Positions 17,309 to 26,165 are shown, counted from the stretch's first letter. The stretch: 64,000 nucleotides of DNA from Candidatus Nanopelagicales bacterium (GCA_037046735.1 JBAOHC010000021.1:110025-174024), one strand, 5' to 3'. Notes: generated by a model from the letters alone, not told the origin. Program-made: numbers and translations.

Positions 17309-20010
17309 CCGCCGAGCTCGACTATCAAGTTGAGTTGCTGCGCAGACGACTGGTCAGCGACCCGCGCGCCTTCCGTGAGGTGTTCATCTCCGAGGGGATG
17401 CAGGCCGTGGCCTGGGAGTTCCAGCAGCCCGAGTTGGGCGCGGAGTTCACCGATCGCATGTGGTCCATGCTGGTGCGCGGCGACGATGCGAGCACCCTGC
17501 TGATGCGGTTCGTGTGGAACCTTCCCCTGTCAGGCAAGCGCAAATTCATCCGCGCCCTGGACACACATCTGTCGCAGCGCTACCCGATGTTCGAGGGCCT
17601 GTCGCAAGGCTGGCCCGCGCACAGTTGCATCGAGCCGTACGTGCGCGACGCCGACCAGCGCGCTGAGGACTTCGGCCTGGTGAACCAGGGTTTCCTGGGA
17701 TACCTGGAGCTGGGATACACCCAGCAAGAGGTCGACTTGATCGTGTGGCTCGAGGTGCTGCGCGACAAGCAGTGCGAGGAGAAGCCCTGCGAGCTCGGGG
17801 TGTTCCTGGCCGAGTGCCGTGAACCCACCGGCGGCTGCCCGGTGGCCATCCACATTCCGCAGGTGATCGAGTTGATCGGCACGGGTCGGTTCCAGGAAGC
17901 GCTGGAGCTGCTGGAATCCAGCAATCCGCTGCCGGACGTGACGGGTCGGGTCTGCCCGCAGGAGCTGCAGTGTCAGGGGGTGTGTATCCAGAAGAAGCCG
18001 ATCGCAATCGGCCAGCTCGAGTGGTACCTGCCCGAACGCGAGAAACGGATCGATCCACAGGGCACCGCCCGACGTTTGGCACGGGTCCGCGATCCGTGGG
18101 AGCGGGCGACGCACCCGCCGGTGGCCATCATCGGGTCGGGTCCATCAGGCCTCATCAACGCCTATCTGCTGGCTGCCCAGGGCTTCCCGGTGACGGTCTT
18201 CGAGGCATTCCACGCCCTCGGCGGGGTGCTGCGGTACGGCATCCCCGAGTTCCGCCTGCCCAATGAGCTGATCGACGACGTCGTGGCGAAGATCCGGATG
18301 CTCGGCGGGCGGTTCGTGATGAACTTCGTGGTCGGCAAGACGGCGACCCTGCAGGACCTGCGCGATGCCGGCTTCGCCCGGATCTTCGTGGGCACCGGGG
18401 CAGGGCTGCCGCGGTTCATGAACGTTCCCGGCGAACACCTGCTCAACGTGATGTCGGCCAACGAATTCCTGACCCGGGTCAACCTCATGCAGGGGCTGCG
18501 GGCCGACTTCGAAACCCCGCTGCCCGAGACCGACGGCAAGGAGATCCTGGTCATCGGGGGCGGCAACACCGCGATGGATGCCGCCCGCACCGCGCGGCGA
18601 CTGGGCGGCCACGTGACGATCGTGTACCGACGCACCCAGGCGGAGATGCCCGCGCGGGTGGAGGAGCAGCACCACGCCCTGGAGGAGGGCATCGTGTTCG
18701 AGGAGTTGCGCTCACCGATCGAGTTCATCGGCAATGACCGCGGCTTCGTGGCTGCCGCGACCCTCGACCAGATGGAACTCGGCGAGCCTGATGACTCCGG
18801 GCGCCGTCGCCCTGTGTCCACCGGGCGCACGGAAACGAAGCGCGCGGATCTGGTCATCATGGCCCTGGGCAACGCATCGAATCCGATCATCAAGGATTCC
18901 GAGCCGCGGCTGGAGACCTCAAAGTGGGGCACGATCAATCTGGCGCATGAGGGCTCGCAGGAGACCACGCTGGACGGCGTCTACACCGGCGGCGACGCCG
19001 CACGCGGCGGCTCCACCGCAATTCTGGCGGCAGGCGACGGTCAGTCCGCCGCCCGCGAGATCCTGGCCATCGACGATCTGACACCCGAGGTGATCTCCGA
19101 TTCCGTGCAGCGAGCGCGCGACTACACCGACCTGGCCAACACAGAGGCCACCATCGTGGCCCGCACGGAACTCAGCGACGGCATCGTCGAGTTCACGGTG
19201 CGCGCGCCGTTGGTCGCCCGCTCGGCCCAAGCCGGGCAGTTCGTGCGGGTGCTGCCCGCCCCCGACGGTGAGCTCATTCCGCTCACCCTGGCGGACTGGG
19301 ATGGCGCCAAGGGCACGATCTGCCTCGTCGTGCAGGGGGTGGGAACCAGCAGCATTGAGATCAACCGGATGGGCGTCGGCGACGTCTTCACGGGAGTCGC
19401 AGGACCGCTGGGGCGGCCCAGCGAGATCACCCGCCATGACCAGGGAACGGTGGTCTTCACCGCTGGCGGCCTCGGCCTGCCGCCGGTGTACCCGATCATG
19501 CGAGCGCATCTGCTGGCCGGCAACCATGTGACGCTGATCAGCGGTTTCCGCAGTGCGGACCTGATGTTCTGGACCGGTCCGGGCGAGCGGATCGAGACGC
19601 TGCGCGCGGAGTTCAGCGATCAGCTCGACGTCGTGTACACGACCAACGATGGGTCGTTCGGCACTCCTGGCTTCGTGACGGGCCCCCTGGAGGAGTTGCT
19701 TCAGCAGAAGCGGGTTGCCGAGGTCGTCACCATCGGGCCGCCGATGATGATGCGTGCGGTCAGTGACCTCAGCCTGCGATACGAGACGCCCTGCGTGGCC
19801 AGCCTGAACTCGATCATGGTGGATGCCACCGGCATGTGCGGAGCGTGCATGGTGCCGGTCGTCATCGAGGGCAAAGCCGTGCGCAAGCACGCGTGCATCG
19901 ACGGACCCGAGATCAACTCCCACATCATCGAGTGGGACAAGTTCCTACCCCGCTTCAACCAGTTCAGCGCGCAGGAGAAGGCCAGCCGCGTCCGGCACGG
20001 GTTGGCCTGA
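17305..20010 (+). CDS. fused NfnB/GltD-like (Fe-S + FAD/NAD(P)) and NfnA/PyrK-like (FAD/2Fe-2S) oxidoreductase with unknown N-terminal domain
   Basis: Lies within ORF 17116..20010. ATG 17305 overlaps the PFOR stop as ATGA. Fe-S helical domain: GGCPVAIHIPQVIELI...GRVCPQELQCQGVC. Dinucleotide site: VAIIGSGPSGL. A second Rossmann motif is ILVIGGGNTAMDAA. The C-terminal PyrK/SudB-like part contains GQFVRVL...IPLTLAD...GMCGACMVPV...HACIDGPE. Confidence 0.85.
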   Translation: MTAELDYQVELLRRRLVSDPRAFREVFISEGMQAVAWEFQQPELGAEFTDRMWSMLVRGDDASTLLMRFVWNLPLSGKRKFIRALDTHLSQRYPMFEGLSQGWPAHSCIEPYVRDADQRAEDFGLVNQGFLGYLELGYTQQEVDLIVWLEVLRDKQCEEKPCELGVFLAECREPTGGCPVAIHIPQVIELIGTGRFQEALELLESSNPLPDVTGRVCPQELQCQGVCIQKKPIAIGQLEWYLPEREKRIDPQGTARRLARVRDPWERATHPPVAIIGSGPSGLINAYLLAAQGFPVTVFEAFHALGGVLRYGIPEFRLPNELIDDVVAKIRMLGGRFVMNFVVGKTATLQDLRDAGFARIFVGTGAGLPRFMNVPGEHLLNVMSANEFLTRVNLMQGLRADFETPLPETDGKEILVIGGGNTAMDAARTARRLGGHVTIVYRRTQAEMPARVEEQHHALEEGIVFEELRSPIEFIGNDRGFVAAATLDQMELGEPDDSGRRRPVSTGRTETKRADLVIMALGNASNPIIKDSEPRLETSKWGTINLAHEGSQETTLDGVYTGGDAARGGSTAILAAGDGQSAAREILAIDDLTPEVISDSVQRARDYTDLANTEATIVARTELSDGIVEFTVRAPLVARSAQAGQFVRVLPAPDGELIPLTLADWDGAKGTICLVVQGVGTSSIEINRMGVGDVFTGVAGPLGRPSEITRHDQGTVVFTAGGLGLPPVYPIMRAHLLAGNHVTLISGFRSADLMFWTGPGERIETLRAEFSDQLDVVYTTNDGSFGTPGFVTGPLEELLQQKRVAEVVTIGPPMMMRAVSDLSLRYETPCVASLNSIMVDATGMCGACMVPVVIEGKAVRKHACIDGPEINSHIIEWDKFLPRFNQFSAQEKASRVRHGLA

Positions 20011-20028
20011 AGTTCCTGCGCGTTTACG

Positions 20029-20474
20029 TTGTGGATCTTGATGTACCCCCTCTGCGCACTCGCCGCGGCCATCGTCGCCGTGGTGATGGCTTTGACGACG
20101 GTGCCCGCAGTCGCCACACCGATCCCGGCACCTCCACGAGTCCCGGATGCCGGCCACGCGCTCTCCGCCGTACATAAGAAGCGCTGCGCCAAGAGGCACC
20201 GCAAGAATCGCACATGCAAGGCGGCTGGTGGGACATCTCCTACTACGACGGCAACGCCGACGGCTGGTACGACGCGATGGGGTTCGACCTGAATCCCATC
20301 GACAACATCATGGACTCCTGGTACTCACTGCAGCAGCCAGTCACCGCGAGCGTCTCCCCGCTCGTCTCGGAGAACGTCGTCACCATGAACCTCATCAGGA
20401 CGCAGGACCCTTGGGCGCAGCGGGACCCATGGGGCACCTGGGCGGGGAATGCTGCCAACGATCCGCTCTACTGA
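20029..20474 (+). pseudogene. small secreted protein split over two frames (apparent frameshift near 20200-20225)
   Basis: ORF 20029..20292 begins with a signal peptide (ATG 20041: MYPLCALAAAIVAVVMALTTVPAVA/TP) and loses coding character after ...KNRTCKAA. ORF 20214..20474 (GGWWDISYYDGNADGWYDAMGFDLN...) is strongly GC3-biased but has no signal peptide or SD of its own. A 1-nt indel would join the two. Confidence 0.4.
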
Positions 20475-20486
20475 CGGGCTAGCCCT

Positions 20487-20621
20487 CCACATCTGGTTGG
20501 AGAACCGGCGAACGAGCGCAATTCCAACCACAGACACGCCGACATTCGGTCATATCGGACACGGAACGCGGCGTGTCCCTGCGCATTTGGTTGATCTTGG
20601 TCGGGTGCCAACCAGATGTGG
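20487..20621. repeat. copy B of the 135-136 bp palindromic MITE-like element
   Basis: Terminal 13-mers are ccacatctggttg (20487-20499) and caaccagatgtgg (20609-20621). The central inverted repeat gacacgccg/cggcgtgtc (20533-20541 / 20569-20577) is a perfect 9 bp. The inner 13-mer copies are degenerate (ttccaacca; gcatttggttg). Confidence 0.8.
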
Positions 20622-20655
20622 CGACAGAATGCGCTTACCCGGGTAGAGGACCCGC

Positions 20656-20775
20656 ATGAGTGAGACATCTCCCAGCTACAGCGCACCGATGCACGACGCC
20701 GACGACCTGCAGTCCGTCGAGGAGCAGTTCGACACCGAACCCGCTGGGACTGTCCCCGTCGACGACGAGGACTGA
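20656..20775 (+). CDS. 39-aa highly acidic small ORF upstream of the HipA-like kinase
   Basis: Below the ORF-track size cutoff. ATG 20656 is preceded by GGTAGAGGA. Sequence: MSETSPSYSAPMHDADDLQSVEEQFDTEPAGTVPVDDED*. Codons are GC3-rich, and it ends 35 nt before the kinase start. Confidence 0.3.
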   Translation: MSETSPSYSAPMHDADDLQSVEEQFDTEPAGTVPVDDED

Positions 20776-20810
20776 CCAGCGTTTCCGCTCCGGGCGGTAA
20801 CCTCAACGGT

Positions 20811-21635
20811 GTGCTCCCCCATGTGACCGCGACGCGTTACGTGACGCCGTTACGGGAGGGCGGGTCACTACCCGGGTTGATGGAGGCCGACGACCTCGGC
20901 ACCTACGTCGTCAAGTTCCACGCCGCCGGGCAGGGTCGCAAGGCGCTCGTGGCCGAGGTGATCGCTGGTCGCATTGCCCGTGGCTTGGGTTTGCGGGTGC
21001 CCGATCTTGTGACCGTTGAGGTCGACGCCGTGCTGGCCAATGGCGAGCCGGATCAGGAAGTGCAGGATCTCCTGCGACGAAGTGCGGGGCTCAACCTCGG
21101 GATCGACTTCCTGCCGGGCGCCCTCGACTTCGATCCGGTGGCCTTCCCTCTCGATGCGCAAGAGGCAGGCCGGGTCCTCTGGTTCGACGCGCTGGTCGCG
21201 AATATGGACAGGTCGAGACGAAACCCCAATCTGCTCCAGTGGCAGCAGCTGTGGCTGATCGACCACGGCGCCACCCTGACGTTCCATCATCGATGGGAGA
21301 CCGCCACGGCCAGCGACACCCGTCCGTACGACGCCACGGACCACGTCCTGCTGGGAAGTAATCCAGACGTGCTTGGTGCCAATGATGAATTCGCCGATGC
21401 AGTGACACGTGAGCTCGTGGACGATGCCGTGAGCGACGTGCCGGAGCTGTGGCTCGCAGAGGAACCGGGATTCCGGGACGTCGAAGCCGTCCGGGCCGCT
21501 TACGCTGAACGACTGCTGGCGCGCTTCGCCGCACGCGAACTGTGGTTGCCAGCCCTCCTGGAGGCCGTCGCCCGGCCACCGGCCCCGCGCCGTGTGCAGG
21601 GACGACCTGATTGGCTCGGTGGCAGCAGTGGCTGA
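20811..21635 (+). CDS. HipA-like / PI3-PI4-kinase-fold protein kinase family protein
   Basis: N-terminal block: TPLREGGSLPGLMEADDLGTYVVKFHAAGQG. Catalytic-loop-like block: FDALVANMDRSRRNPNLL. DFG-equivalent: LWLIDHGATL. Confidence 0.7.
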   Translation: MLPHVTATRYVTPLREGGSLPGLMEADDLGTYVVKFHAAGQGRKALVAEVIAGRIARGLGLRVPDLVTVEVDAVLANGEPDQEVQDLLRRSAGLNLGIDFLPGALDFDPVAFPLDAQEAGRVLWFDALVANMDRSRRNPNLLQWQQLWLIDHGATLTFHHRWETATASDTRPYDATDHVLLGSNPDVLGANDEFADAVTRELVDDAVSDVPELWLAEEPGFRDVEAVRAAYAERLLARFAARELWLPALLEAVARPPAPRRVQGRPDWLGGSSG

Positions 21636-22008
21636 GACCCGGGTCCCGTTCGAGTACGCGATCCTGCGGGTCGTGCCTCGCGTCGAGCGCGGTGAGTCGA
21701 TGAATGCCGGCGTGCTGCTGTACTGCCGCGCCTTGGACTTTCTCGGATCCCGCATCCTGCTGGATCGGCAACGCCTGGCCTCCCTGGATCCGGCCTCGGA
21801 CGCCGACCAGATCGAAAGGGCGCTGGCTGCAGCGGCCGACTGCACCCCACAGCAGGACGACGACATCGGCAAGCGATTCCGGTGGCTGACCGCGCCACGC
21901 AGCACGGTTGTCCAGCCAGGCCCCATCCACACCGGCCTGACTCACGACCCCGACGCCGACCTCGCTCGGTTGCTGGCAGTGTTGGTGGAGCCTCCCCACT
22001 CGCGCTGA
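21628..22008 (+). CDS. DUF3037 domain protein
   Basis: GTG 21628, in frame within ORF 21592..22008, overlaps the kinase stop (GTGGCTGA). FEYAILRVVPRVERGESMNAGVLLYC...RFRWLTAPRSTVVQPGPIH matches my memory of the DUF3037 family. Confidence 0.7.
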   Translation: MAETRVPFEYAILRVVPRVERGESMNAGVLLYCRALDFLGSRILLDRQRLASLDPASDADQIERALAAAADCTPQQDDDIGKRFRWLTAPRSTVVQPGPIHTGLTHDPDADLARLLAVLVEPPHSR

Positions 22009-22027
22009 GGGCCACCCCCGGACGTTT

Positions 22028-23191
22028 CTACAATTGAGGTTCTGGCGGAAGCTCCGCGCCTTTAGCCTGACGCTGGGCCACCCGGATCGCTGCCTGCCAA
22101 GCGTCATAGGCCTGGCCGTAGCGCAGCGTGATGCGGTCGGATTCGTCCTGGAACTGTTGCCACTGAGAGTTGAATTCGAAGTAGCACTCGCCGTAGAAAC
22201 ACTCGGCGTTGTCGAGCGCGCCCACCGCAGCGTCGATGGCATCCGCACCGTCACCCAGCACCGTGACGATCCGGCCATGCACACCTCGCAGGTCTGTCGG
22301 CGGTCGCAGGGCAGCCATACTGTTGGCGATCTCGCGTCGGTCCTCGGCGGCCTGGGAGAAGTAGTCCGTGACTTCGAACATGTACATCTGCTCGCTGTCC
22401 ATGCGGCCGACGAAAGTCCCCGTGTCGTTGCGCAGCGCGGTGTACCTATCAATCAACGGTTCCATCTGAGCGTGGTAAGACCGCACATCGGCGCGCTGCG
22501 CCTGCGCAGCCAGGCGGGCCTTCTTGACCTGCCGCTTGTACCGAGCCATCTCCTTGTCAACCCGGTCAGTCAGGTCATCGAGCGTGCGGACGGCGTCGTC
22601 ACCCTGGGCGCTCGCCTCCACGGTTGGGTCACCATAAGAGCTGAGCGTGTCGAGGTTCGACACCAGTACTTCGCGGTTATCGGTCCACACGACCGTGTTG
22701 TCCTGGGTGTATTCCGTGAGCGCAGCTAGCGCTCCCAGGGCGTCACGCAGCGTCGTGAGTCGATCGGCACCTTTTGCCGCGGGGTCACTGTCGAGGACAG
22801 CATCAATCGATGTCACCTGAGTAGCCGCCTGCTCGGCGACATCTCGCACCATCGTCGTGCTCTGAGCCGCTGACATATCGTCCAACGTCCCCATGAGCAC
22901 TGGGGTGGAGGCTTCGTATTCATCCTTCGCTGCACTGTTCTGACTGAGGCCCCACCAGGCGGCCCCGATCAGGATGATGCCGATCGCGGCAACGCCACCA
23001 AGGATGACCCAGAACCTGGGTTTGCGCCTCGCTGTCGCGACAACCGCTTTCGGTGGAGGCGCTTCGACGTCAATCTCAACGTCCTGGTTGGCGATTCGCT
23101 CGGGCGCGGGATGCCCACACTCCGCGCAGAACTTGTCCTCGGGATGCAACGGGTGCGAGCACTCGGAGCAGATCTGCGCGGCGTCGTCCAT
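22028..23191 (-). CDS. zinc-ribbon membrane-anchored protein, coiled-coil-rich ectodomain
   Basis: Zinc ribbon: MDDAAQICSECSHPLHPEDKFCAECGHP (CxxC...CxxC). TM helix: FWVILGGVAAIGIILIGAAWW. The external domain is long, helical and Ala/Asp-rich. Confidence 0.7.
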   Translation of the reverse strand: MDDAAQICSECSHPLHPEDKFCAECGHPAPERIANQDVEIDVEAPPPKAVVATARRKPRFWVILGGVAAIGIILIGAAWWGLSQNSAAKDEYEASTPVLMGTLDDMSAAQSTTMVRDVAEQAATQVTSIDAVLDSDPAAKGADRLTTLRDALGALAALTEYTQDNTVVWTDNREVLVSNLDTLSSYGDPTVEASAQGDDAVRTLDDLTDRVDKEMARYKRQVKKARLAAQAQRADVRSYHAQMEPLIDRYTALRNDTGTFVGRMDSEQMYMFEVTDYFSQAAEDRREIANSMAALRPPTDLRGVHGRIVTVLGDGADAIDAAVGALDNAECFYGECYFEFNSQWQQFQDESDRITLRYGQAYDAWQAAIRVAQRQAKGAELPPEPQL

Positions 23192-23225
23192 GATGTGCCT
23201 CCCCTTGGCGAACGCACCCTTCAGG

Positions 23226-23474
23226 CTACTCCGAGCAGTGGGTTGAATTCAGGGCCAGCAGACCACGCCGTCGATGCAGCATCATTGAGTCGGTGCCGGG
23301 TAAAGGGCCGGCATGACCTCCGATAGGCGTGAACGTGACGCCGCCGACCAAGCCCATAGCGAAGACACCATGACGAGCACCGCGGCCCAGGATCCTTTCG
23401 CGGGCGACGAGCCGAGCGCGACCCTGGGGGACAGTGGTGAAACGCGCCCGGTCTAAGAACAGGGCACGTTTCAC
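23226..23474 (-). CDS. hypothetical 82-aa ORF translationally coupled to the TPR gene
   Basis: The GTG at 23474 forms GTGA with the TPR gene stop (23471-23474). GC3 is moderate and I recognised no motif. It sits between the TPR and zinc-ribbon genes on the same strand. Confidence 0.25.
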   Translation of the reverse strand: MKRALFLDRARFTTVPQGRARLVARERILGRGARHGVFAMGLVGGVTFTPIGGHAGPLPGTDSMMLHRRRGLLALNSTHCSE

Positions 23475-24955
23475 CCGTGTTCGGGACTCACCGGAACCTC
23501 GTCGCCAGCATGCTTACGCAGGCTGTCGTTAGCCGGCAGGAAATACTGGCTGAGTTCGCGGGCCCGGTCGGTGTTCCCCTGCACCAGGTGCAGGGCGATG
23601 GCATGCGAGAAGTCCTGCCCGGCTCCCGGTTCGTCACTGTCGAGCCGCGACCGACCACGCACCTCATAGCAGTAGGCCGTACCGAGACTCGCTTCCCGAG
23701 CCGGGGTCTGAGCAATGACCTGGCTGGCGATCTCCGTGGCCCGGTCGACATGACCGGTCTGCTCCAGGGCAAGGGAGTACACGCCCAGGAACTCCCGGTA
23801 ACTCGCGTCCTCGGCCGTCGCATCGGGCGGCCACAGACTCGTATGCTCCTCCGCGATCCGGCGGCATTGTTCGAACTGCTGGTCCTGGCGCAGGTTGTCC
23901 AACCAGCGCACGACACTCCACCGCACGGCTGGCTGGTCGCCCGCCTGCCCGAACGCGTGGACCAAACGCTCGTTGGTCCGCGCCGCCTGTCGGTAGTCAC
24001 CGGCGTAGTGAAGGGCCACCGCCCGACGGGTGTCACAGCGCAAGCCCTCAGCGTCCCTGCCCGTCGCATCGAACAGCACCCACGCGTTGGCGAAGGCCTC
24101 GAGGGCGGCCGGCAGGTCCTCGCGTTCGAAGAACGCCTCGGCCCGCAGTTGCTCACACCGCGCCGCCCCCACGAAGTCGTCGGCCTGCCGATAGGCAGTA
24201 AGGGCCTGTTCGGCCTGGCCCAACGCCTGCTCGGCCTCCCCACGACGCAGAAAGACCTCGGCCAATCGATAGCGCGCGTACCGATCATCCGCCGTGGACG
24301 AGGACACATTCGCCAGCACCAAACATCCCCGGGCCAGTTCTAACGCCTCGTCGAGGTGACCGAGGAACAGGTGTACAGACACCGCGAAGTCGTCGACGAC
24401 CGCGACCAGATCCGGGCGCTCTGCCGTCCGGAAGTGGTCCCGACCGGCTCGGCAGACCACCAAGGCTTCCTCATCTCGGTTCAACAGGTACAGAGCCCGC
24501 GCCTGCAAGAAACAGGCGTCACCAGCGACGGTGCGCTCACCCTCGAACTCCGCGAGCTCCCGGCTTTGAACGGCCGCTGAAAGTTGCGCCTCTACATCCC
24601 CCAGGACCCGATAGCAGTCCGCCAAGCACCACAGAACGCTTGCGGCATCCCGGCTCATTGCAGCCTCACCGTAGGCTGCGGCTGCTCGCTGGTACGTCTG
24701 AACAGCCGCGTCGACGTCGCCTGCACTGAAGCAGGCAGCCCCCTGCAGCCGCATGGCGGTGGCCGCCTGACCGATATCGCCGAGCTGCGCAGCGGTGGAC
24801 TCGACCTCCTGCCACAGCGTCAGCGCCCGGTCGTAATCGCGGCGACTCGATGCCCGATTCGCCAGCTCGAACAGCACGTCGATACGCTCGCGGCCGGATG
24901 CCTGCGTCAGCGCTGTCCACAGATCCTCTTCGGCCATCTCCTGCAGATCACTCAT
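23471..24955 (-). CDS. tetratricopeptide-repeat protein
   Basis: There are repeated 34-40 aa A/L/Y-rich helical units along its 494 aa (..YDRALTLWQE.., ..AVQTYQRAAAAYGE.., ..YRLAEVFLRRGEAEQALGQAEQALTAY..). Confidence 0.8.
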   Translation of the reverse strand: MSDLQEMAEEDLWTALTQASGRERIDVLFELANRASSRRDYDRALTLWQEVESTAAQLGDIGQAATAMRLQGAACFSAGDVDAAVQTYQRAAAAYGEAAMSRDAASVLWCLADCYRVLGDVEAQLSAAVQSRELAEFEGERTVAGDACFLQARALYLLNRDEEALVVCRAGRDHFRTAERPDLVAVVDDFAVSVHLFLGHLDEALELARGCLVLANVSSSTADDRYARYRLAEVFLRRGEAEQALGQAEQALTAYRQADDFVGAARCEQLRAEAFFEREDLPAALEAFANAWVLFDATGRDAEGLRCDTRRAVALHYAGDYRQAARTNERLVHAFGQAGDQPAVRWSVVRWLDNLRQDQQFEQCRRIAEEHTSLWPPDATAEDASYREFLGVYSLALEQTGHVDRATEIASQVIAQTPAREASLGTAYCYEVRGRSRLDSDEPGAGQDFSHAIALHLVQGNTDRARELSQYFLPANDSLRKHAGDEVPVSPEHG

Positions 24956-25047
24956 CCGCTCCCCTGCCTATTCGGTCATTTCGACGGTAACGCGCACGTA
25001 CGACACGCGACCCTGACTACGCCCGCGGGTGACGGGTAGCAACCGGC

Positions 25048-25281
25048 ATGAGCGAATCCAATGACATGGCGAATCTCGAGACTCCGATCACCGGAGAGAT
25101 TCCGGACGACGCGTTGGCCGAGGCACAGGTGCCCGGTGACGGCGGTTCCGGACCGAGTACGGAGGCCCAGATCATCAGCGACGCCGACCTCACTGATGTC
25201 CCCGACGCTGACCTGACGGACATCCCCGAGGGCGACCCCGACGCCTTCGGCATGCATGAGGTCGACCCGGAGCAGGAGTAG
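25048..25281 (+). CDS. 77-aa acidic low-complexity protein
   Basis: MSESNDMANLETPITGEIPDDALAEAQVPGDGGSGP...DADLTDVPDADLTDIPEGDPDAF. It has GC3 bias but no clear SD. It is divergent from the TPR operon. Confidence 0.3.
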   Translation: MSESNDMANLETPITGEIPDDALAEAQVPGDGGSGPSTEAQIISDADLTDVPDADLTDIPEGDPDAFGMHEVDPEQE

Positions 25282-25295
25282 CGCCACCAGCCACG

Positions 25296-26165
25296 TCAGG
25301 CGGGATCGTGCTCGAAGTCGCGGGGAACTACGATCATCGGCACTGACAGCACTCGCATGATCTTGTTGGCGGTACGGCCGAGGAAGATCCGCTTCGGCTG
25401 GGCGAGCCGACTGGATCCGACGACAGCAACCTCACTGGCTGTGAACTCGAGTCTGCTCACGGCGTCTCCCATGGAAGTGCCGTGTCCAACGATGGTCGTC
25501 ACGGGGCACTCCGCAGGCAGCTTCTCGGCGGCCCTTGCCGCGACGCTCTCGACGTGAAGTCTGGCCAATTCGGTCCACTCCTGACGACGCTCCTCGGAGC
25601 CACCCTCGCCGACGGCGACCAACGACATGAGCCGCAACGGAACCTTCCAGCTGGCGGCCAGCCTGATGGCGTAGTCCAAGAGCACATCGTCGCCCTCACG
25701 CACACCGGTGGCGCAGGTGATGCGGCTGACGCCCGACTGAGGCTCGTAGCCGACGGGAGCAAGAGCGACCGGGACCGACGCGGCGTGGAGCAATGCGTCG
25801 GCGATACTGCCGAGTCGAACTCGGTGTGAGGTCCCGACCACGATCAGATCGTCAGAACTGCTCCGCTCGGAATTCTCCGCCTCTTCGATAAGCCCTTCAA
25901 TGATCGATTCGGCGGGCTGCAGCCGCCCCTCGACCTTCACCCCACTCGGCACGCGAGAGAGTCCGTCGGCCAGCCATTCCTCAGCTTGCGCCTGCAGTTC
26001 TTCGTTGAAAGCGCGGTCCGGCGAGTACATATGAAACGTCGGGCCGTCGTCCGGCAGCACTACCACCATGTCGATGACAGCCCCCGAAGATCTGGCCAAT
26101 GTGGCAGCCAGATTGATGCCGTCGATGCCGTGTTGTTCGGGTCCATATCCCACGATGTACCTCAT
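25296..26165 (-). CDS. universal stress protein (tandem Usp domains)
   Basis: MRYIVGYGPEQHG...VVGTSHR... and ...VAVVGSSRLAQPKRIFLGRTANKIMRVLSVPMIVVP, a typical Usp C-terminal ATP-binding motif. Confidence 0.85.
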   Translation of the reverse strand: MRYIVGYGPEQHGIDGINLAATLARSSGAVIDMVVVLPDDGPTFHMYSPDRAFNEELQAQAEEWLADGLSRVPSGVKVEGRLQPAESIIEGLIEEAENSERSSSDDLIVVGTSHRVRLGSIADALLHAASVPVALAPVGYEPQSGVSRITCATGVREGDDVLLDYAIRLAASWKVPLRLMSLVAVGEGGSEERRQEWTELARLHVESVAARAAEKLPAECPVTTIVGHGTSMGDAVSRLEFTASEVAVVGSSRLAQPKRIFLGRTANKIMRVLSVPMIVVPRDFEHDPA

